DNA of 64,000 nucleotides from Candidatus Dojkabacteria bacterium (GCA_046753765.1 JBHHUN010000004.1:5359-69358), one strand, 5' to 3'; shown: positions 18,416-28,582, counted from the first letter of the stretch. Numbers and translations: made by a program. Notes: generated by a model not told the origin, from the sequence alone.

Positions 18416-19897
18416 TTACAAGTCAGTGATAGGAGGTCTTTCAATTGAAACACAGGCTCTATCATCGACATCATTTTTTCCACCTTCGGGGATCACGAAT
18501 ACCTCATTGCATGTTCTATTTGTTGCAGCAAGAGCTCTGAACAGAAAGTCAATGCGATAATTCTGTCCGGATTGAAGATCGCCCAAGACGTTAGTCAGAT
18601 CAAAGCTGGATATTACTCCTGCACCTTCGTTAACACTAAAGCCCGAAGTAATGTTCTGGCCGTTTTTTGCGTTAACAACCCTCAGGAAGTCAAGTCTTGA
18701 GTTGTTGTATTCATCCGTGAAATTTATTGAACTCAGTGTTGTCTGACCTGTATTTCCTATTACTATTCTAAATCTGACTGTTTCGCCAATCTGGTACGGA
18801 CCTGCACCAGAAATCACTCTCTTTTCAACTTCAATCCCTGGAACGGCAACAGGACACTGATTTCCGACTTCAAAGTCGTCACATGTGTAAAGTCCCCCTT
18901 GTGTATCGTTGTATCCGGCTGGGCACGATTGTGTATCAGGAACGGTAGTCTGTTCACATACATTTGCATCATCAAGTCTTGCCGTACATCTTGTACATAT
19001 TCGATCACCAACAGGCGTAACTGTTATGGTGGGTGTGGGTGTTGGTGTCAGTGTATCTGTTGGTGTGGGAGTCGGCGTAATCACCTCACTACATATCGCT
19101 GAAGCCGTTCCCTCACAGTTTGGATGATTATACCCGTTTGTTGTAACTTCAACCCTGTACAAACCAGGCCAGGAGTTACTTGTAGTGTAGGATTGACCGT
19201 TGCCCAGAGTTATAGTACTTCCGTTTGGTGAAAATACCCTTATGGTTGTGTCACCAGCAAACTGTCCCGTCCCATTGTGGAAAGAACCAACGTTAAAACT
19301 CTCACCACAGACGATATTAATGCTTCCAGCCCATGGCGAACTCGCATTTTGCTGCACCCTTGCCTGCGTGCTGCTGTAAGGACACTCTACAGGTGTATCA
19401 GTTGGTGTGGGAGTCGGTGTAGCTGCGATATCACATCCACAGGTAAATTCCTGTTTACAACCAGAGCAGATCTCCGTTCTGGTGTAATGACCTGGAGCAC
19501 TGTTTGCATACTGGGCTCTACAGTTATTCTCACACTGGGTTATATTACACTCACATGGTCTCCAATTCCCTGGACCAGCGTAAAAACAACCCCCAAGATA
19601 TCCGAAAGGAACATCGTTAGTATTAACCTCCCAGCAGGTAGCTGTAGAACCATTACCATTAGGATCGTAACAACCCCACATATGTCCTTCTCTTGGATTT
19701 CCAATTGAGTTACATTCTGCACCACTGTATGCTTCATTCGAACAGTGGACACCAGAGTTATACTGCCCAGCGCTAGCCGGCTGGAACAAAATCAAAGCTA
19801 CGGTTGCAACGATGAGGCCCGAAAGTAGTAGTATTGAATACAATACCAAGCCCCTTCTATATTTGCTTATATTGATCTTGAGCAGAAGCTTATTCAT
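18416..19897 (-). CDS. Secreted Cys-rich protein with TPTPTP linkers and a C-terminal DUF11-like beta domain
   Basis: 493 aa. N-terminal signal/TM, about 20 Cys in the N-terminal half, and two PT linkers. The C-terminal part resembles the 'conserved repeat domain' (DUF11). Confidence 0.4.
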   Translation of the reverse strand: MNKLLLKINISKYRRGLVLYSILLLSGLIVATVALILFQPASAGQYNSGVHCSNEAYSGAECNSIGNPREGHMWGCYDPNGNGSTATCWEVNTNDVPFGYLGGCFYAGPGNWRPCECNITQCENNCRAQYANSAPGHYTRTEICSGCKQEFTCGCDIAATPTPTPTDTPVECPYSSTQARVQQNASSPWAGSINIVCGESFNVGSFHNGTGQFAGDTTIRVFSPNGSTITLGNGQSYTTSNSWPGLYRVEVTTNGYNHPNCEGTASAICSEVITPTPTPTDTLTPTPTPTITVTPVGDRICTRCTARLDDANVCEQTTVPDTQSCPAGYNDTQGGLYTCDDFEVGNQCPVAVPGIEVEKRVISGAGPYQIGETVRFRIVIGNTGQTTLSSINFTDEYNNSRLDFLRVVNAKNGQNITSGFSVNEGAGVISSFDLTNVLGDLQSGQNYRIDFLFRALAATNRTCNEVFVIPEGGKNDVDDRACVSIERPPITDL

Positions 19898-20000
19898 TTG
19901 ACTGTATTAATAAATGAATGCTCTAAATAAGATTACGCTGTTTCTGGTTATATTTTACCACCTATAGGCCCTTTCTCCAAACATTCTTATGTACATTCTT

Positions 20001-20028
20001 TTATCAAATATTGTGTCTGTGCTATAAT
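20001..20028 (+). promoter_or_regulatory. Putative extended -10 promoter for the sortase gene
   Basis: TTATCA, a 16-nt spacer, then TGcTATAAT. Confidence 0.35.
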
Positions 20029-20071
20029 AATTCGGATAGTAAGTAACCGCTAATATTGTAGGATACGATCA

Positions 20072-20899
20072 ATGGAAAGTTCTGGGAATAGAGGAACAAC
20101 AATTATACTTTTTGTAGTCATAGGCGCCCTTATTATAGGCCTTGTTGGCATTGGTTCGGTAATATACACTCTTTTGACTAGCAACCAGCCTTTTAGTACT
20201 GGATCTACTTCAGTACAGGCTTCATCTGGTGAACAAAACACTGTAACGCCTGACGTAGAGCCAATCTCGACCCCCATCGAAAGAGATTTCGACTATAATT
20301 TCGCCATTAAAGACAGAAACACTTACAATTCGGACAACGTATTCGCTGTTGCAGCAAGCAAATCGGACACTGATTCACCCTCAGTTGCCGGAATATCCTT
20401 CCCTACACCAAAAGCAAAAGAAGGGGTTCGCGATGTCATCCTCACAAAAAAGGTTATAAATCATACGAATGCTGTGGTTAAAGCCGGCAAAAAGAAGATC
20501 AAAGCGTCTTCGATCAGAAGGATCTCGATCCCTTCTGTAAACATTAATTCTCCCATTGTACAGGGGCAGAATGGAGATGCAGCCCTTGATCAGGGTATGT
20601 GGTTGTATCCTTCGCAGTACGCTAAAGGCGAGAAGATTCTTCTCTGCCACCGTAGATACTTCGGCACAAACGATCCCAGGTCGTGCTGGTTTATCGACCG
20701 TGCAAACAGAGGCGACATTATTAAGATTATCGACAAAAACGGAAAGGTAGCAAAATATAAGATCAAGTCTCAATCCGTAAGGAAAGGAAACGATCTGAGT
20801 ATCTTCAAAGCCTCAAGTGATGACATCATCAAGATCATCACCTGTACCCCCCTGGGTAGCAGCTCACACCGTCTGGTAACCATTGCCAAAAGAGTCTAA
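20072..20899 (+). CDS. Sortase-family transpeptidase
   Basis: N-terminal TM anchor. The conserved His region is LLCHRRYFG and the catalytic TLxTC-like motif is KIITCTP near the C-terminus. Confidence 0.55.
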   Translation: MESSGNRGTTIILFVVIGALIIGLVGIGSVIYTLLTSNQPFSTGSTSVQASSGEQNTVTPDVEPISTPIERDFDYNFAIKDRNTYNSDNVFAVAASKSDTDSPSVAGISFPTPKAKEGVRDVILTKKVINHTNAVVKAGKKKIKASSIRRISIPSVNINSPIVQGQNGDAALDQGMWLYPSQYAKGEKILLCHRRYFGTNDPRSCWFIDRANRGDIIKIIDKNGKVAKYKIKSQSVRKGNDLSIFKASSDDIIKIITCTPLGSSSHRLVTIAKRV

Positions 20900-20961
20900 C
20901 CCATTAGGAAGTACGTTCCCCCTGTGATATTATTTAGCTTACAATTTAGCTAAATACAACC

Positions 20962-23904
20962 ATGTTTGGTTTTTTCAAGAAATTTTTTGATCCTACGCGA
21001 GCTGCAATCAAAGAAGCTGCCCCTATAGCCGAAGACATACTATCGAGAGAGAAAACTATCTCAAAGTTAAGCATCGAGCAGATGCGTAGCCGGGTTGATG
21101 AGATGCGTGAAGAGCTCAAACCCCTTCTTGGGAAGGTCCCCGAAGAGGCGAAAGCTGCCATTAAATCAATCGAGTCTGCAGAATCTCCTGATTACGAACT
21201 CAGGATCCAGGAGAGGCTGCATGAGTACATTCCGGAGCTGTTCGCAATTCTAAGGGAAATAAATAACCGCAAATTCGGTAAGAAACACTTCAAAGTCCAG
21301 TTGATCGCAGCAGTAATACTCGCTAAAGGGCACCGTCTCAACGAGCTTCGAACAGGAGAGGGGAAAACTCAGGTATTTCATATGCCTGCCGCCCTGTACG
21401 GTATTACGGGTCGCGGGTCGCATGTTATTACTGTCAATGACTACCTTGCAAGACGTGATGCAGAGTATGCTGGCCACGCAGTAACCGATCTTGGTATTAA
21501 GGTTGGTGCTATTACACCGCAAGCTGCATACAAGTTTGTACCCGATGAAGATCTAGCCGAAGTAAAGGGGAAAGACGCTGCAAAGGAGCGCAAAAAGATA
21601 AATGTCGGGACACTAAGCGACATGAAGGGCATCAACTTAATTGAAGTCGATAAAAAAGAGGCATATGAGTGCGACATTGTTTATGGGACCAACAATGAAT
21701 TTGGGTTTGATTATCTTCGGGATAACATGGCCTATGAGCTTGAAAATCGCGTTCAGAATGAGCTTTATTTCTGCATTGTTGACGAAGCCGATTCTATTCT
21801 CATTGATGAAGCCAGAACTCCGCTTATTATCTCTGCACCTGCGGAACAATCTAACGAGATGTACCTGCAGTTCTCAAAATTAGTAACCAAACTCAAGCAG
21901 GACAAGCATTATGACATAGATGAGAAATCGCATTCCGTAACCCTTACTGAAGAAGGTGTTGAATACGCCGAAAAACTCCTGGGTGTAAAAAACCTCTGGG
22001 AGGACTACCGTTATGCGCATCATCTTGATAATGCACTGAAGGCTGCGGTTTTGTACAGACGGGACGATGAGTACCTTGTTCGTAATGGTAAGGTTATGAT
22101 TGTTGATGAGTTTACTGGTAGGGTCCTGCCCGGCCGAAGATACTCTGAAGGATTACATCAAGCGATTGAAGCAAAAGAGGGCGTTGAGATCAAGCGTGCA
22201 TCAAGAACAATGGCAACAATTACCTTTCAGAACTTTTTTAAGCTGTACAAGGTATTGGCAGGTGGGTCAGGTACAATCATCACTGAGGCCGAGGAGTTCG
22301 GAAAGATCTATAGCCTCGAATCATATGCTATCCCAACAAATAGACCAGTCATCAGGAATGATCGATCTGACAAGATCTACAAAAACAGAGCAGCAAAATT
22401 TAATGCTGTCGCTGAAGAGATTGTTGAGATTAATAAGACGAAGCAACCAATTCTTGTGGGTACTGCATCCATAGAGGACTCAGAGTACCTGTCTGGTGTA
22501 CTTGATAAAAAAGGAGTTGAGCATGAGGTGCTGAACGCCAAATTTCATGAGCGCGAAGCTCAGATTGTTGCTAATGCAGGTCTTAAAGGCGCAGTAACCG
22601 TTGCAACAAACATGGCTGGCCGCGGTACCGACATTCCACTTGGACCAGGAGTCGAGGAGCTTGGTGGACTGTACATCATTGGCACACAGCGCCACGAATC
22701 AAGGCGCATTGACAACCAGCTACGAGGTCGTGGAGGACGACAGGGACAGCCGGGAGTATCGCAGTTTTTCGTTGCACTTGATGATGAGATAATGCGAATT
22801 CAGGGTGGTGAAATCATTCAGAAGATTATGAACGCCACGAAAATACCCGATGATCTCCCAATTCAAAACCCACTCATTAACCGAACAATCGAGTCGGCAC
22901 AAAAAAAGATGGAGGGGCACAACTTTGACATTCGAAAAAGGCTTGTCGACTATGACAATGTAATGAATCAGCAACGTGAGATCTTCTATGTCAGGCGTTT
23001 TAATTTGCTTGCAAGGGTTGAGGCTGCAGAAAAAAGTGACGATGAGAAGGTGAAAAAGCAGAAGATAGAAGAGATTAAGGAGGATATACTGGATATCATC
23101 GATGCGCAACTAGATTCTATCGTTTCTAAGCATTTCGCGAGCGATCGAGAGGACGATACTGACAGAGAGAAACTAGTCAAAGATTTCCTTGATCTCGCAC
23201 ACGATACTCTCATTGAGGGGGCTTACAAGAAACTTGGGGGGAAGCAAAAGGGTGAAATCGGTGAGGCTATTGCAAAGGAGATCTCTGACAAAAAAACCGA
23301 GGAGATTCACGACTATCTAGCAAAGATAGTAAAGGAAATCTTTGACCTAAAAACTAGAGAGTTTAGCGACTCTCTCCCCGAAATCTACAAGATCACAGTC
23401 CTGCAGAGCATGGACGAGCTTTGGACCGAGCACCTTAATGCAATGGGAGATCTTAGGGAAGGTATAGGCCTCAGAGGCTATGCCCAGAGGGATCCTCTAG
23501 TAGAATATAAGAATGAGGCATTCATTTTATTTGATAGGTTTATAGCAGCGATAGACTCCCAGGTATCCCGCAGAATTTTGAAGATACAGCGCGTTGCCAG
23601 ACAAACCCGGCCACAACCCCAACAGCTGAAAACAAACGAAGACCAGGTATCAGATATTTTGACCGGAACCCGGGAGATGGTCTCGAAGCTTAATGAAGTG
23701 CTCAAAGCAGGCAAACAAGCCCAGGAAAAGGTTGATCAACTTGGGGACAAGGTTCAGAAAACTGTTGTCAAGACTGATGCAGCTTATGGTCGAAATGACC
23801 GTGTCGATGTCAGGTACAGCGATGGAACCGAAAAAAAGGGAGTGAAGTTCAAGAAGGTTGAAGCGGATGTTGCTTCGGGGAAGGCGAGGGTTGTAAGCTC
23901 CTGA
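20962..23904 (+). CDS. secA: Preprotein translocase ATPase SecA
   Basis: 980 aa. Canonical SecA N-terminus with the DEAD motor motifs. A Lys-rich C-terminal tail lacks the Zn-finger. The gene terminates with TGA. Confidence 0.9.
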   Translation: MFGFFKKFFDPTRAAIKEAAPIAEDILSREKTISKLSIEQMRSRVDEMREELKPLLGKVPEEAKAAIKSIESAESPDYELRIQERLHEYIPELFAILREINNRKFGKKHFKVQLIAAVILAKGHRLNELRTGEGKTQVFHMPAALYGITGRGSHVITVNDYLARRDAEYAGHAVTDLGIKVGAITPQAAYKFVPDEDLAEVKGKDAAKERKKINVGTLSDMKGINLIEVDKKEAYECDIVYGTNNEFGFDYLRDNMAYELENRVQNELYFCIVDEADSILIDEARTPLIISAPAEQSNEMYLQFSKLVTKLKQDKHYDIDEKSHSVTLTEEGVEYAEKLLGVKNLWEDYRYAHHLDNALKAAVLYRRDDEYLVRNGKVMIVDEFTGRVLPGRRYSEGLHQAIEAKEGVEIKRASRTMATITFQNFFKLYKVLAGGSGTIITEAEEFGKIYSLESYAIPTNRPVIRNDRSDKIYKNRAAKFNAVAEEIVEINKTKQPILVGTASIEDSEYLSGVLDKKGVEHEVLNAKFHEREAQIVANAGLKGAVTVATNMAGRGTDIPLGPGVEELGGLYIIGTQRHESRRIDNQLRGRGGRQGQPGVSQFFVALDDEIMRIQGGEIIQKIMNATKIPDDLPIQNPLINRTIESAQKKMEGHNFDIRKRLVDYDNVMNQQREIFYVRRFNLLARVEAAEKSDDEKVKKQKIEEIKEDILDIIDAQLDSIVSKHFASDREDDTDREKLVKDFLDLAHDTLIEGAYKKLGGKQKGEIGEAIAKEISDKKTEEIHDYLAKIVKEIFDLKTREFSDSLPEIYKITVLQSMDELWTEHLNAMGDLREGIGLRGYAQRDPLVEYKNEAFILFDRFIAAIDSQVSRRILKIQRVARQTRPQPQQLKTNEDQVSDILTGTREMVSKLNEVLKAGKQAQEKVDQLGDKVQKTVVKTDAAYGRNDRVDVRYSDGTEKKGVKFKKVEADVASGKARVVSS

Positions 23905-23906
23905 GA

Positions 23907-24353
23907 TCAGGGTTCGGTTGGATTGGGAATGTGGCTTCTCTGTCTCGCATTCTTACACTCTACTCCTCCAGCTTCAAACATTGAGCACGCGCTAGGTTTG
24001 GTTTCACCGTCTTCTTCAATGCTACATAGCCCTTCTGTCGTAAGCTCCGGGCACTCCCCTCTTAGTACGCCTTTATAGCGACCATTCTCAGCATACAGAA
24101 CAAAGCCGTTATTTACGCTTGACAGACCAATGTCCATCCAGGAATCGTTGGAGGTGTCAACCACAAACCTTGGCTCTCTTCCTTCACTTTTGGCTCTGCT
24201 CCTTTCTCTGTCAATAAATCTCATGACTTCATCAGAACTCAAGTGGATATTGCCTAAGTCTCTGCAGCAGATGCGGTGAGTAACCCCATTCACGCACGTT
24301 GAGCACCAGTGGGTGTGTGCTTCGGAGGAGTAGCGTGGAGTTAATTCAATCAT
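23907..24353 (-). CDS. Hypothetical Cys-rich protein
   Basis: 148 aa. It has CxxC...CC clusters (CSTCVNGVTHRICC). No family was recognised. Confidence 0.3.
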   Translation of the reverse strand: MIELTPRYSSEAHTHWCSTCVNGVTHRICCRDLGNIHLSSDEVMRFIDRERSRAKSEGREPRFVVDTSNDSWMDIGLSSVNNGFVLYAENGRYKGVLRGECPELTTEGLCSIEEDGETKPSACSMFEAGGVECKNARQRSHIPNPTEP

Positions 24354-24356
24354 CCG

Positions 24357-25208
24357 TCAAGGTCTACGCGCTCTAATTCTATACGGCGTACCATATAATA
24401 ATTTATACCTGAAGTTGTCTCGAATTGTTCCTGATGAAGTCTGCCCAGCTCCTCTTATTTGATTCACTGATACGAGAGTGAACCCTGCCGAAATAAATAC
24501 AGCTTCGAATTCTGTTAATGTGTTCGCACCACCAGGTCCAACAAAATCGTCCCATTCGATCGATGCTCCAGGCATAGTAACCCGTTTAATCTCCTTCATG
24601 AAACTATTAAGATGTGTTGGATCCAGCAACCTCCATTGTTCGTTACCAGACTCTTTTGCAACTTCATGAACTACCTTCCTACCATCAAGTAGCCTGTAGC
24701 TTCTTGTATCTGCCAGCCGTGAAAAGGACCTTGCGACTCTTTCTAAGACCGACGCTGCCATGGGGGAATTCAATTCTTCTATTATCTGTTGGACTTCAGC
24801 AAAGATCTTTGTTGTACGCCGGTCACCATTGCTGGGATCAAGAGGTTCTGATGCAATATATGCAAAAGTTGCTGAAGTAATTACTCTTTCAAAATATGCC
24901 TCGGGCAAAGGTAATCTACGTTGTTGGTAACAATACCCACCTTTGATTCTAACACTTCCTTCAGGACCGAACCCTGGCTCTAAGTTAGGATCTATCGAAA
25001 CCACAAACATTCTATCTGCGTTAAAATCTGCTGGCTTCTGTGCGGTGTAACCAGTCCCAAAGGACAGGATCTTTTCTTTTCGTGCTCCCAATTGATGTAA
25101 GTCGACAGGAGTAGCCAATTCTGCTACTGATGTTGCCATATACAGGTGAGCGCCATGGCGCGAAAAAATATATAGCATATATATTATCATAGAATATGTA
25201 TTTTTCAA
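24357..25208 (-). CDS. Hypothetical protein with a class I SAM-methyltransferase-like motif I
   Basis: 283 aa. ILSFGTGYT...VVSIDPN resembles MTase motif I and the post-I acidic residue. The true start is possibly the internal MATSVAEL. Confidence 0.3.
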   Translation of the reverse strand: MKNTYSMIIYMLYIFSRHGAHLYMATSVAELATPVDLHQLGARKEKILSFGTGYTAQKPADFNADRMFVVSIDPNLEPGFGPEGSVRIKGGYCYQQRRLPLPEAYFERVITSATFAYIASEPLDPSNGDRRTTKIFAEVQQIIEELNSPMAASVLERVARSFSRLADTRSYRLLDGRKVVHEVAKESGNEQWRLLDPTHLNSFMKEIKRVTMPGASIEWDDFVGPGGANTLTEFEAVFISAGFTLVSVNQIRGAGQTSSGTIRDNFRYKLLYGTPYRIRARRP

Positions 25209-25220
25209 GAGCAGTCAGCT

Positions 25221-25412
25221 TTAGAACTGCTTTCCTATAGATGCTTCAAATCTCTCGCCCTCTATAACCTCCAACCCTCTGAGTTCTAAACCAACACTGG
25301 TAAGAAGCGCAGAAAGATCGCTACTGCCTCCAATCAGGTGGCTAAAGCTGTCAACTACAGTAATCGTTCCACTATCCTTTAAAACACGTTCTAGCTGAAC
25401 AAAAAGTGTCAT
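25221..25412 (-). pseudogene. Short ORF resembling the C-terminal end of a methyltransferase, a possible gene remnant
   Basis: The 63-aa ORF reads ...RVLKDSGTITVVD..., like the MTase C-terminal 'RVLKPGG' region. It lies immediately upstream of the MTase-like gene with an intervening stop. Confidence 0.2.
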
Positions 25413-25446
25413 TCCAATAAGAATCTGCTAAACTCAGTCAACTCAG

Positions 25447-27273
25447 ATGGATAGACCATTCGATCACAAAAAAAGAAATTCACTTAAAGAAACATTTCAA
25501 ACGATTGTCTGGAGTGTCCGGCTGGGTTTTCGTGTATCAGCCAAGTTTTATACTCTCAAATTTGTCCTCCGCATCGCTGGGACTGTGCTCCCCGTAGTCA
25601 GTACCTATCTTAACGCACTCATAATTGCCAGACTGGTGGAATTTCTTGGTAACTCAACTCAGGGAGATAGTTCACAGATAATCACTCTTGTTATTATTCA
25701 AGCCGGGGTCCTGTTTGTGAAGAGTTATAGCTTTGAATTTGAGGAATACATTCGAATGCGTTTTGATTACAAGTTTACACTCAAAATGATCCCGATTTAT
25801 ATAAACAGGATGGTTGAACTTGATATGCAATATCACGATGACCCCAGCTTCAGGTTTTTGCAGGAAAAGGTGGAAGACATTTTAAACTGGAAGGGAGTAG
25901 CTATTATGGACAGAGTAGCGTCACTGACTGCGAATATCATCGGTCTACTGGTGCTAGGGTATCTATTTGTGACCCTGAACGCGCTCTTCATTGTTGCTAT
26001 TTCAGTCCCTGTGATAGTGCACTTCTTCATTGATAATAAATTTGGTAAAAATGTTTACTACATCTGGGAGTGGAGTTCTGAAGAGAACACTGAAGCTGTG
26101 AACAGCTACTACACATTCAAGAGAAACACGACAAGTATCGCTGAAGCAAAAATATATGGCTTTGGAAACTATATTGCTGATCGGTTTAAGAGAATCGCCA
26201 ATAAATATATCAGTAAACTAATAAAGGAGAACAACACAAAATTTACGTTTATGGCTCTGGTCAATGCACTTGAACAGGTTGTATTCGCAGGAATCCAAAT
26301 CTGGCTAATCTTGCAAACACTTGCCGGTAAGCTAGTTTTAGAGGGATACGTTTTCTATCTACAGAATATCGGGACTCTCTCCCAAAATCTCAACATGCTG
26401 CAGAGTCATGTTTCAAAGCTGTATGAATTTTCTCTTTATATGTCAGACTTCAGACTGTTCCTCGAGATGCCTTCCAAACTATTGTTGTCTGATTCTGCTG
26501 TGAAAGTAACTCAGTCTCCACCATCAATAGAGTTCAAGAATGTATCCTTTAGATATCCCGCAGGGAAACAAGATACACTCTCAAATGTTTCGTTCAAGTT
26601 TGATGCTGGTGAAAAGATAGCGCTTGTTGGCAAAAACGGTGCGGGGAAGACTACAATTCTGAAATTACTTGCCAGATTTTATGACGTGACTAGTGGGGAG
26701 ATACTTGTAAATGGCGTTAATATCAAAGAATTAGACCTCCAGTCTTACTACAAGCTCTGGGGGATTCTCTTCCAGGATTTTGCGAAGTACTGGTTTTCTT
26801 TAAGAGAAAACATTGGGATCGGAAATACTGACGATATCCAGAATATGGAACTGTTAAAAGCTGCTGCTAACAAGGCTTCAATAGATGAGGATTTCATGTC
26901 GAAACTACAAAAGGGTTTTGATACAATGCTCAGCACAGAATTTGATCACGGGGTTGAATTGAGCGGGGGAGAATGGCAGAAAGTAGGAATCGCCAGAGGT
27001 TTGTTTGCTGATCCAAAATTGATCGTTCTAGATGAGCCAACGAGCGCTCTCGACGCAATTGCTGAGCAGAAGATCTTCGAAGAAATCCAAGCGATTGCAA
27101 AAGAAGCCACAACCATAATTGTTTCTCATCGATTTGCTACCGTGAGGAACGCAGACCGGATACTTGTATTAGAAAAAGGGACTATTACTGAGCAAGGCAA
27201 TCATGAAGAGCTTCTCGCTAGCAGTAAGCTCTACCACGAGATGTTTACCAAACAGGCCAAAGGATACAAGTAG
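25447..27273 (+). CDS. ABC exporter, fused permease and ATPase (MsbA/MdlB-like)
   Basis: 608 aa. N-terminal 6-TM domain. Walker A GKNGAGKT, signature LSGGEWQKVGIARGL, and Walker B LIVLDEPTSALD. Confidence 0.8.
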   Translation: MDRPFDHKKRNSLKETFQTIVWSVRLGFRVSAKFYTLKFVLRIAGTVLPVVSTYLNALIIARLVEFLGNSTQGDSSQIITLVIIQAGVLFVKSYSFEFEEYIRMRFDYKFTLKMIPIYINRMVELDMQYHDDPSFRFLQEKVEDILNWKGVAIMDRVASLTANIIGLLVLGYLFVTLNALFIVAISVPVIVHFFIDNKFGKNVYYIWEWSSEENTEAVNSYYTFKRNTTSIAEAKIYGFGNYIADRFKRIANKYISKLIKENNTKFTFMALVNALEQVVFAGIQIWLILQTLAGKLVLEGYVFYLQNIGTLSQNLNMLQSHVSKLYEFSLYMSDFRLFLEMPSKLLLSDSAVKVTQSPPSIEFKNVSFRYPAGKQDTLSNVSFKFDAGEKIALVGKNGAGKTTILKLLARFYDVTSGEILVNGVNIKELDLQSYYKLWGILFQDFAKYWFSLRENIGIGNTDDIQNMELLKAAANKASIDEDFMSKLQKGFDTMLSTEFDHGVELSGGEWQKVGIARGLFADPKLIVLDEPTSALDAIAEQKIFEEIQAIAKEATTIIVSHRFATVRNADRILVLEKGTITEQGNHEELLASSKLYHEMFTKQAKGYK

Positions 27274-27843
27274 TTACTTTTTCCCGATCAACTCATTAGC
27301 TATCTTATCACGCAAAAACTCAGACTTTGACTTCCCCTCTCTATCGGCGCCCTCTTCAATGAAGCGCACTATATCGTCTGTGGCTATGAAGTTGAATTTA
27401 CGAAGGTCATCCATGCTTAACCCTGCCAGATAGTCCCTTACCACTTTATCAATGTTTTTGTCGCTGTATGAAAGCAAAGTCACAAGAGATGAGGTTGACC
27501 CTTTGACTATATCTGAAATCTTCTCTTCCTCAATATCTTCTGGCGAAAGAACTAATACTCTTTTTCTATTTGCCAAAGCCTGTCCGTATTGATAACCCAC
27601 ACCAAAAGATCTTTGGGAGAGTTCAACGACGACCAGGTCAGCGTCCTGAAGCAAACTGAGGTTCTTTAGTAGAAGTTCTTGAGGGGTTAAACCGTTCGTC
27701 TTGCCTTCTAAACGTTCGATTATCCAGGATTCGAGTACATCGTGGCCGGCCCTCTTAAACTCGTTGAGTATCTTATCGAAACGCTTCTTATTTGCATCAA
27801 GATGAGCTGTAGAAGCCGCAAAATAGATTTTTAATTTACTCAT
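27274..27843 (-). CDS. Nucleoside 2-deoxyribosyltransferase-like (Rossmann) domain protein with a C-terminal extension
   Basis: IYFAAS...DADLVVVELSQRSFGVGYQYGQALANRKRVLVL matches the NDT-family pattern. About 60 extra C-terminal residues are of unknown function. Confidence 0.35.
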   Translation of the reverse strand: MSKLKIYFAASTAHLDANKKRFDKILNEFKRAGHDVLESWIIERLEGKTNGLTPQELLLKNLSLLQDADLVVVELSQRSFGVGYQYGQALANRKRVLVLSPEDIEEEKISDIVKGSTSSLVTLLSYSDKNIDKVVRDYLAGLSMDDLRKFNFIATDDIVRFIEEGADREGKSKSEFLRDKIANELIGKK

Positions 27844-27847
27844 GATT

Positions 27848-28582
27848 CTATGGGTTGTTACTGTCGGACTCCTGGTTACCGTCGTCCTCTATCCCGTCCT
27901 CATCTCCATCTCTGCCCTCTTCCTCACCTACCTCAATCTGTGTATCATCGGATGTGTCACCAGAATCTTCAGGGTCACTAGAGCTATCGGTCTCTGCTCT
28001 TTCGATTAACTCATCAATAAGTGTTCTAAACTGCTCTTCAGGGGAAATTCCGCTTGGAAAAACTACCCTTTCACCTTCAAGGTAAAATGTTGGTGTTGCA
28101 CTAACGCCCCTGCCATTTCCGTCTGCGACATCTGCGTTGACCCTGGCAATGACAGCCTCATTCTCCAGATCAGCTTTAAACTGATCAATATCCAGGTCGA
28201 GCTGTTTTGCATATTCAATAAGGTCGTCACTGCTAAGTGCAGTCTGATTGGCGAACAAAAGGTCATGATATTCATCGAATTTGCTCTGCTCACGCGCCGC
28301 CTCAGAGGCAACTGCTGCTGCGAATGCATTCTCGTGAATATTCTCTAAAGGAAAATGATGATACACAAACTCAAGCTTCTCACCGTACTCATCTTCAATA
28401 GTTTCAACTACCTTAAAAAAACTACCGCATGCGGGACACTGAAAATCACTAAACTCCTCCAATAAGACCGGCAGCTCTACAGGTTTTGGTTCTGGTTTCG
28501 AGGCATTAGAGATCAGTATTAGAAATACAACCCCAATGACTACAGCAATTACTATTATGGTTGTGCTCGATAGATTTTTCAT
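27848..28582 (-). CDS. DsbA-like thiol:disulfide oxidoreductase, membrane anchored
   Basis: N-terminal TM helix. The thioredoxin-fold CPAC active site is in FSDFQCPACGSF. The C-terminal tail is acidic. Confidence 0.6.
   Translation of the reverse strand: MKNLSSTTIIVIAVVIGVVFLILISNASKPEPKPVELPVLLEEFSDFQCPACGSFFKVVETIEDEYGEKLEFVYHHFPLENIHENAFAAAVASEAAREQSKFDEYHDLLFANQTALSSDDLIEYAKQLDLDIDQFKADLENEAVIARVNADVADGNGRGVSATPTFYLEGERVVFPSGISPEEQFRTLIDELIERAETDSSSDPEDSGDTSDDTQIEVGEEEGRDGDEDGIEDDGNQESDSNNP

Noticed and set aside
18990-19110. Short tandem (ACNCCN)n, TPTPTP-encoding repeats that superficially resemble a repeat array
   Set aside because: They lie inside a long intact ORF and encode Pro/Thr linkers. 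There are no unique spacers and no CRISPR-like repeat-spacer periodicity. No CRISPR array was found anywhere in the window.
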